Assembly: GCA_010093605.1 (NCBI GenBank) | Contig: MU004191.1 | Span: forward strand, 1,472,816 to 1,536,815 | Direction of reading: 5' to 3' | From: Lophium mytilinum | Taxonomy: Eukaryota | Length of the DNA stretch: 64,000 bases | Shown here: piece after piece, positions 25,425 through 36,066 of the stretch | Numbering within the stretch: position 1 is the stretch's first letter | How the letters are laid out: the number at the start of each line of letters is the position of its first letter | Program-made: the position numbers and the translations under genes | The notes under the pieces: model-generated | What the model was told of the DNA's origin: nothing | The model's database searches: none | Seen by the model: the letters and a program-made list of their open reading frames with translations, nothing else

Positions 25425-26341
25425 TACACAGTACCTCGACTGCCGCCGTAAACAAGTGCGACGCTCGCCGTTGGAGTAGCAGTGGGAAGCGTCCTGCGGT
25501 GTCGTACAGTTTCCAATGCACACTGGCTTGCCTCCTTGCTGCTATCATCTCTCCCTTCACTGTCGGGGCATCTTAGGCTCGAACCAAGCTCCCCACCCTT
25601 AAACGTAGCATTACGCGAACGATTACCAGCACCGCCAGCAACAGCATCGCAGGGGGTGGGAATCTTGCTGCCAAAAGTGCACTCGCGCAGCACAAGCCAG
25701 GCCCGCTAACGCAATCACTGCAAGCAAGTCCTGGCACACAACTCTATTGATCCTCCATCCTCGCTTCGACCGGTGCGCATCCCCGCCGAATCACGGCACC
25801 GGACGGCGGCCCGGGGAGGGGACGGGCCCACAGGCATGCTTGACCGTTGAAGAGGCGGCATAATAGCGGACTCGGGACAGCAGTCGACCATGCTTTGGGG
25901 TATGCGGATACGTCGGTGATCGCTGCAGACTCCATGTCACGCTTCCGATTGCCCAGTGCATGTGCTACCATGATAAGACAGTCTTCCAACCCCGTTTCTA
26001 TCGCTTTTTGCTTTTTAGTTCCCGTTGAAGTGGCTTTGTTGGTGGTACTCCGCGTGTCTAGTTTTTCTTTTCATGCTTCGGTTCCACATGTCCCGCTGGC
26101 TGTCAGTGTCAAAAGTCTAAACTTTATTTCTGCACTTCTGGCTCAATATCTACACACCTTCCTTTTTCCCACGGGCTAAATACTATTCCCGGGACCGCCA
26201 AAAGAGCGAGAAACGCGCCACCAGGTCTTGCTGCCAGACACTGCACGCAAGGCTGGAGAATTATGACTTCATAGCACAGTCCACCCGTCCAGAGCTGGCG
26301 GCGGGAAAGCTCTGTCCGGAGGCTGGGCACTGCCTACAGTA

Positions 26342-26455
26342 CAGTCTCCCCCCCTGTACGGACTGGACACGACCGTGCGTAGAACAGGGGATTTTACTTA
26401 CAAAAACCCTTGTTTTGCGCACGGTCGTGTCCAGTCCGTACAGGGGGGGAGACTG
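26342..26455. mobile_element. Palindromic mini-MITE (Tc1/mariner-type), 114 bp
   Basis: 38-bp perfect inverted arms starting CAGTCTCCCCCCCTGTACGG, continuing as an imperfect stem to a 6-nt loop. TA on both flanks. Confidence 0.85.
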
Positions 26456-27713
26456 TATTCTATCAATACTCGTCGCGCAAATCGCAAGGTGCAGCCAGGC
26501 ACGCCTCAAACAGCCCAGCACGCGCATCCCCAACCCATCAACTAACCCAATTTACTAACCCTACGTCTCCTAACCTCTCCTCTCCAATCCCCTCCTCACA
26601 CTCACAAGGTGCTCATCACCCGCTAAACCCGCGCTTTCGAACCCCAAACCAACCACAGCATCCCGAACCGCATGCGCACCCGTTCCACAACCCCCGTCCC
26701 CTGCCCGCCTGCCGCATCCATCCCGCAACCGCACAGCCTACCACACCAAACCCCGCCGCCGATCGCCGCCGCCGCCTCGAAGAGTGAGAACGCATGCAGC
26801 ACGCGTGGTGGCAACTTTGAGGCTGGAGCCGGTGCGGACGGGGACGGTCTAGATGTCACGCCACGCGGCGGTTTTGCAGCGCCGAGGATTGTATGTGCGG
26901 GCGGGCCTTCGGGAGGGAAGGGAGCGGGCCGGTGGTGTGGAGGGTGGCGATCGCCGTGAGTTGTGTATGTATGTGCGGGAAGACGGGCGTGTGGCGGAGG
27001 ATTGACGGGAGGCGCGTGAGTGTGGTGAGTGTGGGTGGTAAATGGAGATGGAGAGGGAGGGGAGTTGGGTTGATTTACTGTGTAGAGAGGGTAATACGTT
27101 ATATAAATAGAGGAGGAGTCCTTGCTTTAGTTCTTTCACGACTACTTCCTGTTGATGTATCGGAGCTGGTGTCTGATGTATACCAGTGAGCTGTGCTGTC
27201 TGGCATAGAAGCGTTACGCAAATCTATCTCCATATTCGTATAGAACCAACGTAGTCTACTCCTCCAATCTGTGAGTAGTACCTAAGTAAGTAGTTTCCAG
27301 AGTCACGTGAATGTCATTCTCCGAGGCAATTCTTCTAAAGAGCTGGAGACCTGATCTTGATTCCTCAGAGCTATCGAACAATCCATTATGCCATCTTCCT
27401 CATCTCCACCAATAAAGGTGTCTTATCAGCATCTCCCTCACGCCCTTAGCCGCCTCTATCATGCAAAACGTCAGCCAACGATTCCCCCCCTAAATTTTCA
27501 TAGCAGGCTTCTATGATACAAAATGCAAACGGCCTACGAGTTCAGACGCCTATGCACCATCTATACAATGCTTCCATCCTGCAAAAATGCACGGAAGTGG
27601 GAAAAAGAACACTCGAGCTCCACATGCTCATCGAATATATATACTAAAGATGGCGTGAAATGTACAGCTCCCTAGGATATCTTCGGGGACTCGGCGTCAT
27701 GGCGGTAGCTAGC

Positions 27714-30700
27714 TCATGAGAAGAAGTACTTACTCTCTCTCAAGCGCCGCACGTCAAAGTCGCCTTTTTTCGGAACAGGCGGGAAGATGAGCGGGAGCCA
27801 GATCTGTATTTTCCCCGAATGTTTGAGCTTGCGGGCTGGCTTCTCGTCCTTGCTCTTCTCAGCCACTGCGTCAGCCGGAGGCTCGCCGGCTTGCGCTTCT
27901 ATCTCAGAGAGCTCAGCACTGATCATCTTCTCCTGGATTTTCTCTACCAGCTCGGGCGTCGGTTTCCCAATCAGAGGCTGCTCAACTTCGGTGACCATAG
28001 CCGACGCATCTTGCGCGGCCTCGTAGATGCTTGCTGGTGTGACCATCGCTAGGCCCTTCTTACGCTCCTCCGCGTCTTCAGAGTGCAACAGGCGCTGTCG
28101 ATCTGCTTCCACGAGAAGCTCGGTGTATGAAGCGGTCCGGGCCTTCTTCCCTAACGTTTCTTTCCTCAGCGCCAAGACCTGCCGGGCTGCCGCACTTTCG
28201 CCCTTGAGATCTGCGAGATACATAGACCCAGCATGGCGAGCCTTGAACTCGGCAGCAAGACGCCCGACGATGTCCTCCGAATGCATGCGTACGAAAGCGT
28301 CGCGCAGGATTTCGTTCATTTTGGGCACATCCGCTGGGTGCGTCCAGAAAGAATCATGGACAGCAGCAAACGTGAGACCCTCCTCGCTGCACTTGAGTGC
28401 TGAGAGTAGCATGTGGGTCGCGTCTAGAGAGTGGATGAAGTTGGGAGGGAAAGCTTGCAACTGCTTTCGTTTTGAGACGGCGTCTGAGGCCCGGGGGTCC
28501 ATGATCGTCAACTCTTGCAGGGCGGTCTTGATCTGTATGTGCTTGCTTTTCCGGTATGGTTGCACAACTGGCATCCTTAATGGAGTGGTCCAAATGACAC
28601 TAGATTTAAATTCCATGGCAGACGCCATGACGTTGGCTTCTGATTTTGCCGTATGTTTCCTCTTCTGTTTCGTTGGCTCCTTGAATTTTACGTCCGAGAA
28701 GGCTTCGTGGGATTTGCCAGACTCTACAGCTTCCTGCAACTTCTCTATCTGCTCCGCAGTAACCGAAGTTGTGATCCGAGCTGCGCAAGCGCCAAGCCAG
28801 AATTGTATGTCTTGAGCGCCATTAAAGATCTGCGCCAACGCGTCGAATATTTGCTTCGCAACGTAGGCTGCGGAGCTGCCCAGACCTGCCTGGCCAGCGC
28901 TCGGCTGAAAGTCGGGTTCGATATCCTTTAGTTGGTCGAGGACTTGGAGACGCGCTCCTTCGAAAGTTACGCCATAAACGTTGGTCATCACAGTGCGCTT
29001 AACAACTTTGCGAGTAATTTTGCCGTCTAGAAACTGAGCTTTCTCGTTGCCATCTTTTGCGTCTTTGGCGATTGCGGTCTTAACGAGCTCAGCAACTCCG
29101 GTATAGATGTCTTGTGGGCGGTCAGAAGGCTCCAGATTGACTTGAGTAGCACCATTTTCATCGCCGCCGAGAGCTGCATAATGTTGAAGGCCGTTGCAGG
29201 TACCATCCTGATGTACTGGGAAGGAAGACACGTATCTTGCAGGATCTGGAGAATCTAGCGCATTTTTAAGTTCAAAGCAACAGGCGAGACATTGCCATGG
29301 ATCCTCGGCTTTTAACCACCATCGGGCACCGGAAAGTGGGTTCGTAGCAGAGTCGTAGATGTGATTGAGGTTCTCCATGGTAAACTCCTCTCGTTCGAGA
29401 AGACTAGCCTTATCAAACCCGTATAGATTGGCTAAATGGATCTTCAGCCATTTCAATCCAACGCTCCCAAGTTCCTTCCCTTTAGCAAATTTTAGAAGAC
29501 CGCGCGCAAGGTCAGCACCCATATGGTTCAGCGTAGGCGGAATAGGATATGCTCTTCCACGGAAGTCGATATTGTGCGGGTAGTAAATCGTCTCGTTCAA
29601 ATATGAGCGGGCCATCTCCAGTTGTAGATTTTGAAAGCATCGTTGCGAGTGCAGTCCATCCTTCTTCTCATTGCACTCTTTGACCGCCTTGTACCACCTC
29701 AAGCGCTCTAACACAGGTGCTCCAGAGGGTGGTTCTGCAGGGAGCGGAACTTCGATGTCGCCGGGAACAAGCGCACCAATGCCCTCTCCAGCATTCCATG
29801 CTTGGACCATCACTTCGAAGACTTCCTTATTGATTTGCCATGGAACCCGTCCAAGAGCGTCGAGCCCTTCAAAGATTTGGTCCATATCTCCTCTCTGGAT
29901 GGCTGAGATGGCATACCTAGCCTGAAATTCATCTCCGTCCTTCATTCGGACTGCTCTGGTAGGGTATCGATAATAACCGCCCTTGTTAAACGACGTCCAC
30001 GGTTTCGGCTCGACCACCATCGGCAGGCGAAAAGTCGACTGACCCCTCATAGGCTCCCGCGTTAGCTTAAGTGACAACTCGCTGTGCAAGGTCAGAACTC
30101 CCATTTGTTTGCCCCTGACATGAATGTTGCTATGGATGTAGGCTGGTTGAACACTCGAGAGAGTCCCGCCTGTTTTTGGGTCGTTTCGGAAAACTGTAAC
30201 TTTGGCGCTTTGTAGGAACTTCTCGATCAGAAGTGCCCCGATCTTAACCTTGACGTGACGAGGAAAAATAGGTCCGTTTTCGACGAGATGGGAAGGTTGT
30301 GTCGATTCTGAGTTGTGCTGCTTCGAGTTGTCGTACTTGAATTTCCCCTTGCTTATCTTGGCCAGCGCTTTCTGGCGGAATAGTGACTGTTTCACACCCG
30401 CAGTGACGGACTTTCGCGACGCCGCCATTCGAACGGTGTGTTCCAACTCCAGCACAGTTGCCAAATTGACCGCGAGAGGCGCGATCCTATTGCTTGAATT
30501 GGCGCCTTCTACACCTGCTAGATCTCCTACCAGCTTATTGACTGTGATAGCAGAGAGAGTCTTTGCGTCGAAGAGCTCCAGGTAAGCTCCGTACACCAGC
30601 CGGTCCGAGTTCTTGTGTGTCGCTTCATTGGCGAGGGCCTTTCTCACCGCAACAAGCTCCTTTTCTATCAGTGGAGTCAGAGTCGTGTACCACTCCCACA

Positions 30701-31901
30701 TCAAGGCTCCCATAGGTTTTGTCTTCAAGGCCCCGTGAATTCCGATCTTCATGAGCTGCTCATCATCGTACTTCCAGCGAGCCACCGAGGCATCAACCGC
30801 AGTCTCTTCCAGTTGAATTTGCCGCATGACGGCGTAAGCTCTGTCCTTTTCCTCCTGTGAGCCTTCCATATCGTGGGGATACGGTAAGGCGTTGGGAGGA
30901 TCGAATGCGCTCAAGGCCTGTTTTAATGTCTCCATCCCCATTCCCCTTTGTGGTATTCCCCGAATCTCTGTAGTCGGGTCCTTCATGAAACCATGCTCAA
31001 TCGCAATCTCTCGACCACCAGGCGTACTAACGGCCGCACTCAAGCCCTCAGCAATCATAACCGGCGGTTCATCGTAGTCCTCGCCCTGGATTCTGATCAA
31101 AGTATCCCATTCCTCTTCGGTAAATTCGGGTGATGAATTGACTGCGTATTCCATGTCTGTTCCGAGATCCTTTGCAATGTCCATATATTTCCCAACCGCC
31201 TGGTCCCTCCGTTCGCTATGGAGAAGAGACAAAGCTCCTTTTATCATTACTACCAGAGTGCGGTCGTCTGGTTCGATGCCCTTGTGGACCATATCATTAT
31301 TGTACCAGTCCTCGAGGTCTCGCATCTTGGAGTTGACTGGATCTTGCAACATTGCATCTAGCTTTGCTCGAAGATAAACATTATGGGCGTCCAGAATCTC
31401 GATTGCTGAGGGATGGTATACAGCTGCCAGCCTTCGCACTATAGCTGCAGCGCGGTCCAAGCGACCAACTCGTATGCAGGCGTGCAGATTTTGGTAAAGC
31501 TCGGCAGGGTCGCCTCCTATGCCTTTCTCGAATCGGAGCCGAGGGGGCGCCGCGATGGACGCTTTGTTGATGAAGATGGATTGTGGCGTAAGCGCCCAGT
31601 CTGAACCACCCAGCTCGCTACTAGTTCCCCATTGCGCGGGAGGGGCGAAAGGAGGAGCACTTGACGGCGAATAGGCGTCGGCGGCGGTGGATACTGAGCG
31701 GCTTTCGGTGCGTAGCGATGCGTGTCGAGGGGGCGTCCGTTTTATGGAATTAGAGGCTTTGGGGACCCGGAAAGCTGTACTCGCAGCCCATCGCATTTGC
31801 GCCGGACATAGCCAGGGCAGAATTAATTGATCGAAGGCCACGGGTGGCCGTTGGAAGGCATTGCGTCGTCCTCTCGGTGCACGCGTGGCGCGCGCGAGCA
31901 T
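27714..31901 (-). CDS. RPO41: Mitochondrial T3/T7-type DNA-directed RNA polymerase
   Basis: DFRGRAY, HQDGTCNGLQHY, RKVVKRTVMTNVYG, FPPNFIHSLDA and VHDSFWTH motifs and the YFFS C-terminus. Start set at the Arg-rich presequence MLARATR. Confidence 0.97.
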   Translation of the reverse strand: MLARATRAPRGRRNAFQRPPVAFDQLILPWLCPAQMRWAASTAFRVPKASNSIKRTPPRHASLRTESRSVSTAADAYSPSSAPPFAPPAQWGTSSELGGSDWALTPQSIFINKASIAAPPRLRFEKGIGGDPAELYQNLHACIRVGRLDRAAAIVRRLAAVYHPSAIEILDAHNVYLRAKLDAMLQDPVNSKMRDLEDWYNNDMVHKGIEPDDRTLVVMIKGALSLLHSERRDQAVGKYMDIAKDLGTDMEYAVNSSPEFTEEEWDTLIRIQGEDYDEPPVMIAEGLSAAVSTPGGREIAIEHGFMKDPTTEIRGIPQRGMGMETLKQALSAFDPPNALPYPHDMEGSQEEKDRAYAVMRQIQLEETAVDASVARWKYDDEQLMKIGIHGALKTKPMGALMWEWYTTLTPLIEKELVAVRKALANEATHKNSDRLVYGAYLELFDAKTLSAITVNKLVGDLAGVEGANSSNRIAPLAVNLATVLELEHTVRMAASRKSVTAGVKQSLFRQKALAKISKGKFKYDNSKQHNSESTQPSHLVENGPIFPRHVKVKIGALLIEKFLQSAKVTVFRNDPKTGGTLSSVQPAYIHSNIHVRGKQMGVLTLHSELSLKLTREPMRGQSTFRLPMVVEPKPWTSFNKGGYYRYPTRAVRMKDGDEFQARYAISAIQRGDMDQIFEGLDALGRVPWQINKEVFEVMVQAWNAGEGIGALVPGDIEVPLPAEPPSGAPVLERLRWYKAVKECNEKKDGLHSQRCFQNLQLEMARSYLNETIYYPHNIDFRGRAYPIPPTLNHMGADLARGLLKFAKGKELGSVGLKWLKIHLANLYGFDKASLLEREEFTMENLNHIYDSATNPLSGARWWLKAEDPWQCLACCFELKNALDSPDPARYVSSFPVHQDGTCNGLQHYAALGGDENGATQVNLEPSDRPQDIYTGVAELVKTAIAKDAKDGNEKAQFLDGKITRKVVKRTVMTNVYGVTFEGARLQVLDQLKDIEPDFQPSAGQAGLGSSAAYVAKQIFDALAQIFNGAQDIQFWLGACAARITTSVTAEQIEKLQEAVESGKSHEAFSDVKFKEPTKQKRKHTAKSEANVMASAMEFKSSVIWTTPLRMPVVQPYRKSKHIQIKTALQELTIMDPRASDAVSKRKQLQAFPPNFIHSLDATHMLLSALKCSEEGLTFAAVHDSFWTHPADVPKMNEILRDAFVRMHSEDIVGRLAAEFKARHAGSMYLADLKGESAAARQVLALRKETLGKKARTASYTELLVEADRQRLLHSEDAEERKKGLAMVTPASIYEAAQDASAMVTEVEQPLIGKPTPELVEKIQEKMISAELSEIEAQAGEPPADAVAEKSKDEKPARKLKHSGKIQIWLPLIFPPVPKKGDFDVRRLRESKYFFS

Positions 31902-32258
31902 GGTCTGCGAACAGGAGGGAGGTCGGCGTAAAGAAAATGGACGAGACGCACACCGACACAAGAGACGAAGACAAAAACACAAGAAGGAGGGACGGGGGAG
32001 AGGATGGTAGGATGGACAGGAGTGACGATTAGAGTCGCAAAAATGTTTCTCAGCCGAGTCGATGGGCACGCCCCTTGCAGTTGGCCAAGCCTCTAGACAC
32101 GTGATCTCGAAAACCGCCGGGCAACTTTTGTAATGAGCTCCATCGCGCCAGGATAGAACCAACCTCACCTCACAACCACGCCTCGCCGATGGACTAGGCA
32201 GCTCCCTCAACTCTACGACGCATCCGTAGCGCTGCGAAAGTCCAGCCCGCGCCGTATC

Positions 32259-35200
32259 ATGGACGACCTCGCCTCCCTCGAGCTGCTTTCGCTGGTGTCG
32301 AAGGTCACCTCCGAGATACAGAACCATCTGGGCATTTCCGACAAGACTCTCGCCGAGTTCGTTATCGCCCAGCATGCTAAATGCAAATCGCTTCCAGAGT
32401 TCAAGTCTACACTGGAAGAGTTCGGCGCCGAGTTCCCGCAGTCCCTGGTCGAAAGCATCGACAGACTAATCCTGACTCTCCACCCAAAGTTCGCAAAGAA
32501 GCAGAACGCCGCGCAGGCAGAAGCCCACGAGCCTGCAGACGAACAGGACCGCAAGACGAGGGTGTTCAAGGGCCTCGCGATTCCAGATAAAGAGCCAGCG
32601 TGGAGCACTGAAGATGCGACGCAAGGAAATGGGGCGAAACAAGAGGACACAACGTTGGCGGCACTAGACGATACCTTTGCGATGCTCGAGGGCCTCGCGG
32701 GCAAAGCGGCGCCACCATCGAGGGACATACCGTCCAGGAAGCGCAGCATCAGCCCTCTTGCGGACGATAGTCGAGACCGAGGACGGAGCAAGCGGCATAG
32801 ATACAGGTCGCAGTCGCCGTCGCAGAGCCGCGAACGGGGCGATCGGCGGTCAAAGAACGACGACTTCGTTTTTGAGGATGAATTTGGCCGTACACGAACT
32901 AAAGACCGCCGAGAAGAAAAGCGAAATGGACGACGCCGTCGCCGCAGTAACGACGACGAGTTTAAGCGGCCCCCAACCCCAGAGCTCGACGATGAGCCAG
33001 TCTTATTTAAGGTATATAATGGCAAAGTCACTGGGGTGAAAGATTTTGGAGTGTTTGTTAACCTACAAGGTGTTCGTGGCAAAGTAGATGGGCTGGTACA
33101 TGTCACGCAGATGCAGGAAGGTGCTCGAGTCAATCACCCTTCAGACCTGGTTTCCAACTATCAGGAAGTCAAGGTCAAAGTCCTCAAGTTGGACAATAAT
33201 AGGGTCAGCCTCTCAATGAAAGAAGTAGATCAAGTCACCGGCCACGACCTTGCCCCCCAGCGTCGAATTGCGTCTGGCGCAAACATGGAGGGTCCGCGCG
33301 GCAGCTCAGGCGGGAATGATCGCTATGGGGGTCTTGTGTCTGATGTCCCAGTCGTTGAGGGTGCCATGAATGGCAGACGTACAGGCACACAAAAAAGATT
33401 GACGTCGCCAGAGAGATGGGAGCTCCGACAGCTCATAGCTTCAGGGGCTGTGTCTGCCAAAGATTATCCAGATCTCGATGAGGACTACCACGCCGCCCTC
33501 AATGGTGACGGCGGTTTTGAAGAAGAGGAGGAGGTTGATATCGAAATTCGCGAGGAGGAGCCACCTTTCCTTGCAGGCCAGACGAAGCAGTCTCTGGAGT
33601 TGTCTCCAATTCGAGTAGTGAAAGCCCCAGACGGCTCCCTTAATCGAGCTGCCTTGGCCGGAGACTCGCTAGCTCGAGAGCGCAGAGAGATAAGGCAACA
33701 GGAAGCCCAGGAAAAAGCCGCCAAGGATGCCTCCCAAGTCGACCTCAGTAGTCAATGGCAAGATCCAATGGTAGCTCCAGACCAGAGGAAGTTTGCGTCT
33801 GACTTGCGCAACACCCGAAACAATCAAGCCGGCGAAGTTGTGCCGGAATGGAAACGAATCGCTCAAGGCAAAGAACAACAACTTGGCAAACGAACTGACA
33901 TGAGCATCAAAGATCAACGCGAGAGCCTTCCAGTCTTCAAATTCCGAAACCAACTCTTGGATGCTGTGCGCGCACACCAACTTCTCATTGTCGTTGGAGA
34001 TACTGGCTCTGGCAAAACGACCCAGCTAACTCAGTACCTAGCAGAGGCTGGCTTTGCTAACGATGGAATGATTGGTTGCACGCAGCCACGGCGTGTGGCA
34101 GCCATGTCCGTCGCCCAGCGCGTCTCGGAAGAAGTAGGCTGCAGAATGGGACATGAGGTCGGCTACACCATCCGATTCGAAGACAACACGGGCCCGGATA
34201 CTAAGATAAAATACATGACCGACGGTATCATGCAGCGCGAGATTCTATTGGACCCCCTTTTACAGAAATACTCGGTCATTATGCTCGACGAAGCTCACGA
34301 ACGTACGATAGCAACAGATGTGCTCTTCGGCCTTCTCAAAAAGACATTGAAGAGGCGACCTGACCTCAAGCTCATTGTCACAAGCGCCACCCTCGATGCA
34401 GACAAGTTCTCGGAGTACTTCAATTCAGCACCCATCTTCTCTATCCCGGGCCGAACATATCCTGTGGAAGTGATGTACAGTCGCGAACCGGAATCCGACT
34501 ATCTCGACTCTGCGCTGGTGACGGCAATGCAGATCCATCTGTCCGAACCGATGGGAGATATCCTTCTTTTCCTTACTGGGAAAGAAGAAATTGACTCTGC
34601 CTGTGAGGTGCTCTATGAACGCATGAAGGGGCTTGGACCTAGCGTGCCCGAGCTCATGATTCTACCAATTTACGGAGCTCTCCCTTCTGAGGTTGCGAGC
34701 CGAATCTTCGAGCCTGCGCCGCCGGGCAGTCGCAAGATCGTTATCGCCACGAATATCGCTGAGACCTCCATCACGATCGATGGGATATACTACGTCATAG
34801 ATCCCGGATTCGTGAAACAGTCTTCATACGACCCCAAACTTGGAATGGACAGACTGCAAGTTGTACCAATCTCGCAAGCAAACGCAAAACAGCGCGCCGG
34901 TCGTGCTGGAAGAACAGGGCCTGGTAAATGCTTTCGGCTATACACAGAGACCGCCTTTCAGAGTGAGATGCTGCCGACCACTATTCCAGAAATTCAACGC
35001 CAGAATCTGTCGAATACTATCCTAATGCTCAAGGCCATGGGCATCAACGATTTACTTCACTTTGATTTCATGGACCCGCCGCCGACGAACACCATGCTTA
35101 CAGCACTCGAAGAGCTTTACAGCCTAGGTGCTCTAGACGACGAAGGCTTACTGACTCGGATGGGCAGGCAGATGGCAGACTTTCCCATGGACCCGACTCT

Positions 35201-35924
35201 ATCAAAAGCACTAATCTATTCCACAACACTGGACTGTTCTGATGAGATGCTTACGATTGTGGCGATGATTTCAGCAACACAGACGGTTTTCCACAGACCA
35301 CGAGACAAGCAGAACCAGGCAGACCAAAAGAAAGCCAAATTCCACGATCCAAGCGGTGATCATCTCACACTCCTGAATGTCTACAACGCCTGGAAAACGT
35401 CGAAATTCTCTACCCCGTGGTGTCTCGACAACTTTGTCCAGCCCCGCAACATGCGCCGCGTCAAGGACGTCAGAGAGCAGCTCGTCACCATCATGGAGCG
35501 CCATAAGCACCGCGCCATCTCGTGCGGGCGCAACACGGTAAAGGTCCGCCAGGCTCTTTGCTCTGGCTTCTTCCGCAATTCGGCTCGCAAAGATCCGCAG
35601 GAGGGCTACAAGACGCTTGTTGAAGGCACTCCGGTTGCACTTCATCCGTCCTCGGCGCTGTTTGGTAAGGCGGCTGAGCACGTGATCTACCAGTCTCTGG
35701 TCGAAACGACAAAAGAATACATGCATGTTGTCTCGGCGATTGAGCCGAAGTGGCTCGTGGAGGCGGCGCCGACTTTCTTCAAGGTGGCGCCGACGGATAG
35801 GCTCAGCAAGAGGAAGAAGGCGGAGAGGATCCAGCCGCTGCATAACAGATTTGCTGGAGAGGATGATTGGAGGCTGAGTGCACAGAAGAGGCAGGGCAGG
35901 GGAGGCGGTGGAACGTGGGGTTAA
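32259..35924 (+). CDS. PRP22: Pre-mRNA splicing DEAH-box helicase with S1 domain (DHX8)
   Basis: S1 domain (KDFGVFV), GDTGSGKTT, TQPRRVAA, DEAHER, SAT, QRAGRAGR. Intronless 1221-aa ORF. Confidence 0.97.
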   Translation: MDDLASLELLSLVSKVTSEIQNHLGISDKTLAEFVIAQHAKCKSLPEFKSTLEEFGAEFPQSLVESIDRLILTLHPKFAKKQNAAQAEAHEPADEQDRKTRVFKGLAIPDKEPAWSTEDATQGNGAKQEDTTLAALDDTFAMLEGLAGKAAPPSRDIPSRKRSISPLADDSRDRGRSKRHRYRSQSPSQSRERGDRRSKNDDFVFEDEFGRTRTKDRREEKRNGRRRRRSNDDEFKRPPTPELDDEPVLFKVYNGKVTGVKDFGVFVNLQGVRGKVDGLVHVTQMQEGARVNHPSDLVSNYQEVKVKVLKLDNNRVSLSMKEVDQVTGHDLAPQRRIASGANMEGPRGSSGGNDRYGGLVSDVPVVEGAMNGRRTGTQKRLTSPERWELRQLIASGAVSAKDYPDLDEDYHAALNGDGGFEEEEEVDIEIREEEPPFLAGQTKQSLELSPIRVVKAPDGSLNRAALAGDSLARERREIRQQEAQEKAAKDASQVDLSSQWQDPMVAPDQRKFASDLRNTRNNQAGEVVPEWKRIAQGKEQQLGKRTDMSIKDQRESLPVFKFRNQLLDAVRAHQLLIVVGDTGSGKTTQLTQYLAEAGFANDGMIGCTQPRRVAAMSVAQRVSEEVGCRMGHEVGYTIRFEDNTGPDTKIKYMTDGIMQREILLDPLLQKYSVIMLDEAHERTIATDVLFGLLKKTLKRRPDLKLIVTSATLDADKFSEYFNSAPIFSIPGRTYPVEVMYSREPESDYLDSALVTAMQIHLSEPMGDILLFLTGKEEIDSACEVLYERMKGLGPSVPELMILPIYGALPSEVASRIFEPAPPGSRKIVIATNIAETSITIDGIYYVIDPGFVKQSSYDPKLGMDRLQVVPISQANAKQRAGRAGRTGPGKCFRLYTETAFQSEMLPTTIPEIQRQNLSNTILMLKAMGINDLLHFDFMDPPPTNTMLTALEELYSLGALDDEGLLTRMGRQMADFPMDPTLSKALIYSTTLDCSDEMLTIVAMISATQTVFHRPRDKQNQADQKKAKFHDPSGDHLTLLNVYNAWKTSKFSTPWCLDNFVQPRNMRRVKDVREQLVTIMERHKHRAISCGRNTVKVRQALCSGFFRNSARKDPQEGYKTLVEGTPVALHPSSALFGKAAEHVIYQSLVETTKEYMHVVSAIEPKWLVEAAPTFFKVAPTDRLSKRKKAERIQPLHNRFAGEDDWRLSAQKRQGRGGGGTWG

Positions 35925-36066
35925 TGAGGAGTGGCTGGGTTGGCTAGTGGTGAGAGATGCATGCCGTTCTTGGAGCATTGTGAGAAGGTTGGACAGGCCG
36001 CGTACTAAAAGCGTAAATATTTAGTTACATGCGTTTTCAGAATGCAACTCATGCCTGTCCCTAATA

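Noticed and set aside
27714..31901. Phage T7-like RNA polymerase as evidence of a viral or plasmid insertion
   Set aside because: It is the ordinary nuclear-encoded mitochondrial RNA polymerase with a presequence, in a housekeeping context.
31902..32375. 158-codon N-terminal extension of the RPO41 ORF overlapping PRP22
   Set aside because: It runs through the shared promoter and antisense to PRP22, has no protein-like character, and a typical mitochondrial presequence starts at 31901.
32213..35978. Long antisense ORFs (306 aa, 235 aa) opposite PRP22, and similar ones opposite other genes
   Set aside because: Shadow frames produced by codon bias of the real genes.
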